Assembly: GCA_964057225.1 (NCBI GenBank)
Contig: OZ059895.1
Location: 22,258,001 to 22,322,000 of the forward strand
Direction: 5' to 3'
DNA from: Auanema rhodensis
Taxonomy: Eukaryota; Animalia; Nematoda
Length of the DNA: 64,000 bases
The translations under genes were made by a program, and so were the position numbers. Below, one piece after another: positions 57,001-64,000 of this stretch; position 1 is the first letter of the stretch; every line of letters starts with the position of its first letter. The notes beneath the pieces are model-generated. The model saw only the letters and a list, made by a program, of their open reading frames with translations. It made no database searches and was not told where the DNA came from.

Positions 57001-58299
57001 ATTGGTGCATGGTAACCATGACTTTGAAATTTACGTGAACTTTAATTTATGCTAATTAAGTGTACACATGATGTGCGCTTGGTATGTAACTCGCTTCACG
57101 TGAAAGATAAAGAGATGCGGTTTTCAAAATTAGATTCCCCATTTCCATATTAGTCTAAAAACAAATTTTTATTGATATTGGTGCATGGCAACCATGACTT
57201 TAAAATTTACGTGAACTTTAATTTATGCTAATTAAGTGTACACATGATGTGCACTTGGTATGTAACTCGCTTTACGTCAAAGATAAAGAGATGCGGTTTT
57301 CAAAATTAGATTTCCCATGTCCATATTAGTCTAAAAACAAATTTTTATTAATATTGGTGCATGGTAACCATGACTTTAAAATTTACGTGAACTTTAATTT
57401 ATGCTAATTAAGTGTACACATGATGTGCACTTGGTATGTAACTCGCTTCACGTCAAAGATAAAGAGATGCGGTTTTCAAAATTAGATTCCCCATGTCCAT
57501 ATTAGTCTAAAAACAAATTTTCATTAATATTGGTGCATGGTAACCATGACTTTGAAATTTACGTGAACTTTAATTTATGCTAATTAAGTGTACACATGAT
57601 GTGCACTTGGTATGTAACTCGCTTCACGTGAAAGATGAAGAGATGCGGTTTTCAAAATTAGATTCCTCATGTCCATATTAGTCTAAAAACGAATTTTTAT
57701 TGATATTGATGCATGGTAACCATGACTTTGAAATTTACGTGAACTTTAATTTATGCTTGTTAAGTGTACACGTGATGTGCACTTGGTATGTAACTCGCTT
57801 CACGTGAAAGATAAAGAGATGCGGTTTTCAAAATTAGATTCCCCATGTCCATATTAGTCTAAAAACAAATTGTTATTGATATTGGTGCATGGTAACCATG
57901 ACTTTGAAATTTACGTGAACTTTAATTTATGCTAATTAAGTGTACACATGATGTGCACTTGGTATGTAACTCGCTTCACGTGAAAGATGAAGAGATGCGG
58001 TTTTCAAAATTAGATTCCTCATGTCCATATTAGTCTAAAAACGAATTTTTATTGATATTGATGCATGGTAACCATGACTTTGAAATTTACGTGAACTTTA
58101 ATTTATGCTAATTAAGTGTACACATGATGTGCACTTGGTATGTAACTCGCTTCACGTCAAAGATAAAGAGATGCGGTTTTCAAAAATAGATTCCCCATGT
58201 CCATATTAGTCTAAAAACAAATTTTTATTAATATTGGTGCTTAGTAACCATGACTTTGAAATTTACGTGAACTTTAATTTATGCTAATTAAGTGTACAC

Positions 58300-61200
58300 A
58301 TGATGTGCACTTGGTATGTAACTCGCTTCACGTCAAAGATAAAGAGATGCGGTTTTCAAAATTAGATTCCCCATGTCCATATTAGTCTAAAAACAAATTG
58401 TTATTGATATTGGTGCATGGTAACCATGACTTTAAAATTTACGTGAACTTTAATTTATGCTAATTAAGTGTACACATGATGTGCACTTGGTATGTAACTC
58501 GCTTCACGTCAAAGATAAAGAGATGCGGTTTTCAAAATTAGATTCTCCATGTCCATATTAGTCTAAAAACAAATTTTTATTGATATTGGTGCATGGTAAC
58601 CATGACTTTGAAATTTACGTGAACTTTAATTTATGCTAATTAAGTGTACACATGATGTGCACTTGGTATGTAACTCGCTTCACGTGAAAGATGAAGAGAT
58701 GCGGTTTTCAAAATTAGATTCCCCATTTCCATATTAGTCTAAAAACAAATTTTTATTGATATTGGTGCATGGTAACCATGACTTTAAAAGTTACGTGAAC
58801 TTTAATTTATGCTAATTAAGTGTACACATGATGTGCACTTGGTATGTAACTCGCTTCACGTCAAAGATAAAGAGATGCGGTTTTCAAAATTAGATTCCCC
58901 ATGTCCATATTAGTCTAAAAACAAATTTTTATTGATATTGATGCATGGTAACCATGACTTTAAAATTTACGTGAACTTTAATTTATGCTAATTAAGTGTA
59001 CACATGATGTGCACTTGGTATGTAACTCGCTTCACGTCAAAGATAAAGAGATGCGGTTTTCAAAATTAGATTCCCCATGTCCATATTAGTCTAAAAACAA
59101 ATTTTTATTGATATTGGTGCATGGTAACCATGACTTTGAAATTTACGTGAACTTTAATTTATGCTAATTAAGTGTACACATGATGTGCACTTGGTATGTA
59201 ACTCGCTTCACGTGAAAGATGAAGAGATGCGGTTTTCAAAATTAGATTCCCCATTTCCATATTAGTCTAAAAACAAATTTTTATTGATATTGGTGCATGG
59301 TAACCATGACTTTAAAAGTTACGTGAACTTCAATTTATGCTAATTAAGTGTACACATGATGTGCACTTGGTATGTAACTCGCTTCACGTCAAAGATAAAG
59401 AGATGCGGTTTTCAAAATTAGATTCCCCATGTCCATATTAGTCTAAAAACAAATTTTTATTGATATTGATGCATGGTAACCATGACTTTGAAATTTACGT
59501 GAACTTTAATTTATGCTAATTAAGTGTACACATGATGTGCACTTGGTATGTAACTCGCTTCACGTCAAAGATAAAGAGATGCGGTTTTCAAAATTAGATT
59601 CCCCATGTCCATATTAGTCTAAAAACAAATTTTTATTGATATTGGTGCATGGTAACCATGACTTTAAAATTTACGTGAACTTTAATTTATGCTAATTAAG
59701 TGTACACATGATGTGCACTTGGTATGTAACTCGCTTCACGTGAAAGATGAAGAGATGCGGTTTTCAAAATTAGATTCCTCATGTCCATATTAGTCTAGAA
59801 ACAAATTTTTGTTGATATTGGTGGATGGTAACCATGACTTTGAAATTTACGTGAACTTTAATTTATGCTAATTAAGTGTACACATGATGTGCACTTGGTA
59901 TGTAACTCGCTTCACGTCAAAGATAAAGAGATGCGGTTTTCAAAATTAGATTCCTCATGTCCATATTAGTCTAGAAACAAATTTTTGTTGATATTGGTGG
60001 ATGGTAACCATGACTTTGAAATTTACGTGAACTTTAATTTATGCTAATTAAGTGTACACATGATGTGCACTTGGTATGTAACTCGCTTCACGTGAAAGAT
60101 GAAGAGATGCGGTTTTCAAAATTAGATTCCCCATTTCCATATTAGTCTAAAAACAAATTTTTATTGATATTGGTGCATGGTAACCAAGACTTTAAAAGTT
60201 ACGTGAACTTTAATTTATGCTAATTAAGTGTACACATGATGTGCACTTGGTATGTAACTCGCTTCACGTCAAAGATAAAGAGATGCGGTTTTCAAAATTA
60301 GATTCCCCATGTCCATATTAGTCTAAAAACAAATTTTTATTGATATTGATGCATGGTAACCATGACTTTAAAATTTACGTGAACTTTAATTTATGCTAAT
60401 TAAGTGTACACATGATGTGCACTTGGTATGTAACTCGCTTCACGTCAAAGATAAAGAGATGCGGTTTTCAAAATTAGATTCCCCATGTCCATATTAGTCT
60501 AAAAACAAATTTTTATTGATATTGATGCATGGTAACCATGACTTTAAAATTTACGTGAACTTTAATTTATGCTAATTAAGTGTACACATGATGTGCACTT
60601 GGTATGTAACTCGCTTCACGTGAAAGATGAAGAGATGCGGTTTTCAAAATTAGATTCCCCATTTCCATATTAGTCTAAAAACAAATTTTTATTGATATTG
60701 GTGCATGGTAACCATGACTTTAAAAGTTACGTGAACTTTAATTTATGCTAATTAAGTGTACACATGATGTGCACTTGGTATGTAACTCGCTTCACGTGAA
60801 AGATGAAGAGATGCGGTTTTCAAAATTAGATTCCTCATGTCCATATTAGTCTAGAAACAAATTTTTGTTGATATTGGTGGATGGTAACCATGACTTTGAA
60901 ATTTACGTGAACTTTAATTTATGCTAATTAAGTGTACACATGATGTGCACTTGGTATGTAACTCGCTTCACGTCAAAGATAAAGAGATGCGGTTTTCAAA
61001 ATTAGATTCCCCATGTTCATATTAGTCTAAAAACAAATTTTTATTGATATTGGTGCATGGCAACCATGACTTTAAAATTTACGTGAACTTTAATTTATGC
61101 TAATTAAGTGTACACATGATGTGCACTTGGTATGTAACTCGCTTCACGTCAAAGATAAAGAGATGAGGTTTTCAAAATTAGATTCCCCATGTCCATATTA

Positions 61201-64000
61201 GTCTAAAAACAAATTTTTATTAATATTGGTGCATGGTAACCATGACTTTGAAATTTACGTGAACTTTAATTTATGCTAATTAAGTGTACACATGATGTGC
61301 ACTTGGTATGTAACTCGCTTCACGTGAAAGATGAAGAGATGCGGTTTCCAAAATTAGATTCCTCATGTCCATATTAGTCTAAAAACGAATTTTTATTGAT
61401 ATTAATGCATGGTAACCATGACTTTGAAATTTACGTGAACTTTAATTTATGCTTATTAAGTGTACACGTGATGTGCACTTGGTATGTAACTCGCTTCACG
61501 TGAAAGATAAAGAGATGCGGTTTTCAAAATTAGATTCCCCATGTCCATATTAGTCTAAAAACAAATTGTTATTGATATTGGTGCATGGTAACCATGACTT
61601 TAAAATTTACGTGAACTTTAATTTATGCTAATTAAGTGTACACATGATGTGCACATGGTATGTAACTCGCTTCACGTCAAAGATAAAGAGATGCGGTTTT
61701 CAAAATTAGATTCCCCATGTCCATATTAGTCTAAAAACAAATTTTTATTGATATTGGTGCATGGTAACCATGACTTTAAAAGTTACGTGAACTTTAATTT
61801 ATGCTTATTAAGTGTACACATGATGTGCACTTGGTATGTAACTCGCTTCACGTCAAAGATAAAGAGATGCGGTTTTCAAAATTAGATTCCCCATGTCCAT
61901 ATTAGTCTAAAAACAAATTTTTATTGATATTGATGCATGGTAACCATGACTTTAAAATTTACGTGAACTTTAATTTATGCTAATTAAGTGTACACATGAT
62001 GTGCACTCGGTATGTAACTCGCTTCACGTCAAAGATAAAGAGATGCGGTTTTCAAAATTAGATTCCCCATGTCCATATTAGTCTAAAAACAAATTTTTAT
62101 TGATATTGGTGCATGGTAACCATGACTTTGAAATTTACGTGAACTTTAATTTATGCTAATTAAGTGTACACATGATGTGCACTTGGTATGTAACTCGCTT
62201 CACGTGAAAGATGAAGAGATGCGGTTTTCAAAATTAGATTCCCCATTTCCATATTAGTCTAAAAACAAATTTTTATTGATATTGGTGCATGGTAACCATG
62301 ACTTTAAAAGTTACGTGAACTTTAATTTATGCTAATTAAGTGTACACATGATGTGCACTTGGTATGTAACTCGCTTCACGTCAAAGATAAAGAGATGCGG
62401 TTTTCAAAATTAGATTCTCCATGTCCATATTAGTCTAAAAACAAATTTTTATTGATATTGGTGCTTGGTAACCATGACTTTGAAATTTACGTGAACTTTA
62501 ATTTATGCTAATTAAGTGTACACATGATGTGCACTTGGTATGTAACTCGCTTCACGTCAAAGATAAAGAGATGCGGTTTTCAAAATTAGATTCCCCATGT
62601 CCATATTAGTCTAAAAACAAATTTTTATTGATATTGGTGCATGGTAACCATGACTTTAAAATTTACGTGAACTTTAATTTATGCTAATTAAGTGTACACA
62701 TGATGTGCACTTGGTATGTAACTCGCTTCACGTGAAAGATGAAGAGATGCGGTTTTCAAAATTAGATTCCTCATGTCCATATTAGTCTAGAAACAAATTT
62801 TTGTTGATATTGGTGGATGGTAACCATGACTTTGAAATTTACGTGAACTTTAATTTATGCTAATTAAGTGTACACATGATGTGCACTTGGTATGTAACTC
62901 GCTTCACGTCAAAGATAAAGAGATGCGGTTTTCAAAATTAGATTCCCCATGTCCATATTAGTCTAAAAACAAATTTTTATTGATATTGGTGCATGGCAAC
63001 CATGACTTTAAAATTTACGTGAACTTTAATTTATGCTAATTAAGTGTACACATGATGTGCACTTGGTATGTAACTCGCTTCACGTCAAAGATAAAGAGAT
63101 GCGGTTTTCAAAATTAGATTCCCCATGTCCATATTAGTCTAAAAACAAATTTTTATTGATATTGGTGCATGGTAACCATGACTTTGAAATTTACGTGAAC
63201 TTTAATTTATGCTAATTAAGTGTACACATGATGTGCACTTGGTATGTAACTCGCTTCACGTGAAAGATGAAGAGATGCGGTTTTCAAAATTAGATTCCCC
63301 ATTTCCATATTAGTCTAAAAACAAATTTTTATTGATATTGGTGCATGGTAACCATGACTTTAAAAGTTACGTGAACTTTAATTTATGCTAATTAAGTGTA
63401 CACATGATGTGCACTTGGTATGTAACTCGCTTCACGTCAAAGATAAAGAGATGCGGTTTTCAAAATTAGATTCCCCATGTCCATATTAGTCTAAAAACAA
63501 ATTTTTATTGATATTGATGCATGGTAACCATGACTTTAAAATTTACGTGAACTTTAATTTATGCTAATTAAGTGTACACATGATGTGCACTTGGTATGTA
63601 ACTCGCTTCACGTCAAAGATAAAGAGATGCGGTTTTCAAAATTAGATTCCCCATGTCCATATTAGTCTAAAAACAAATTTTTATTGATATTGGTGCATGG
63701 TAACCATGACTTTGAAATTTACGTGAACTTTAATTTATGCTAATTAAGTGTACACATGATGTGCACTTGGTATGTAACTCGCTTCACGTGAAAGATGAAG
63801 AGATGCGGTTTTCAAAATTAGATTCCCCATTTCCATATTAGTCTAAAAACAAATTTTTATTGATATTGGTGCATGGTAACCATGACTTTGAAATTTACGT
63901 GAACTTTAATTTATGCTTATTAAGTGTACACATGATGTGCACTTGGTATGTAACTCGCTTCACGTCAAAGATAAAGAGATGCGGTTTTCAAAATTAGATT
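58300..64000 (+). repeat. Terminal variant domain with short (3/5/6-monomer) periodicity
   Basis: The G of the TTTAAAAGTTACG variant lies at 58790, 59318, 60198, 60726, 61782, 62310 and 63366 (spacings 528, 880, 528, 1056, 528, 1056, all exact multiples of 176). The TCTAGAAAC variant is also confined to this domain. Confidence 0.75.

Larger units (their letters stand above)
44070..58230 (+). repeat. ~7.4-kb segmental tandem duplication within the satellite (copy 1 ~44070-51510, copy 2 ~51510-58230)
   Basis: The TACTT variant at 44531/51974, GTAACTCACT at 45596/53039 and ACGTGAAGTG at 47511/54954 are offset by 7443. AGATTTCCCA at 50041/57308 is offset by 7267, after loss of one monomer in copy 2. 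CAAAAATAG at 51495/58181 is offset by 6686. Confidence 0.85.
1..64000 (+). repeat. 176-bp tandem satellite DNA array (~363 monomers), probable centromeric/pericentromeric satellite; runs off both window edges
   Basis: ACATGATGTG recurs at 1, 177, 353, 529 (period 176) and the unit continues to base 64000. Monomers differ by only a few SNVs and rare 1-3 bp indels. The consensus has 57 G+C in 176 bp (~32% GC). The centromeric role is inferred from nucleosome-scale monomer length and HOR organisation, not shown directly. Confidence 0.97.
50968..64000 (+). repeat. Right forward-orientation block of the 176-bp satellite
   Basis: Forward sequence resumes at TAGTCTAAAAACAAATTTTTATTAATATTGG (50968) and continues to the window end. 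Confidence 0.95.

Noticed and set aside
1-64000. CRISPR or CRISPR-like repeat-spacer array
   Set aside because: There are no unique spacers: the entire 176-bp unit repeats with only SNVs. No cas or other genes are present.
1-64000. Protein-coding tandem-repeat gene
   Set aside because: 176 is not a multiple of 3, so any frame cycles through all three phases. Each monomer has several TAA/TAG/TGA triplets on both strands (e.g. CTAATTAAG, TTTAATTTA, ATTAGTCTAA), leaving only short chance ORFs.

Overview
The whole 64 kb window is one AT-rich (~68% AT) tandem satellite DNA array with a 176-bp monomer (~363 copies, nearly all on the + strand). Consensus: ACATGATGTGCACTTGGTATGTAACTCGCTTCACGT(G/C)AAAGAT(A/G)AAGAGATGCGGTTTTCAAAATTAGATTCCCCAT(G/T)TCCATATTAGTCTAAAAACAAATTTTTATT(G/A)ATATTGGTGCATGG(T/C)AACCATGACTTT(G/A)AAATTTACGTGAACTTTAATTTATGCTAATTAAGTGTAC. 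Monomer size, homogeneity and nested higher-order repeats (HORs) fit a eukaryotic centromeric or pericentromeric satellite. I cannot assign a species or named family from memory. I found no genes, RNA genes, transposons or CRISPR spacers. Diagnostic SNVs divide the array into successive variant domains with local HORs (5-, 6-, 7-, 8-, 15- and 18-mers) and larger duplications (~6.3-6.5 kb and ~7.4 kb). The one structural break is at 50675-51065. It comprises a 277-bp inverted satellite segment with 14-bp and 13-bp inverted duplications at its breakpoints, a 2-nt filler and an adjacent 25-bp tandem duplication. Together these shift the array register by +53 bp, and they occur in only one of the two ~7.4-kb paralogous blocks.
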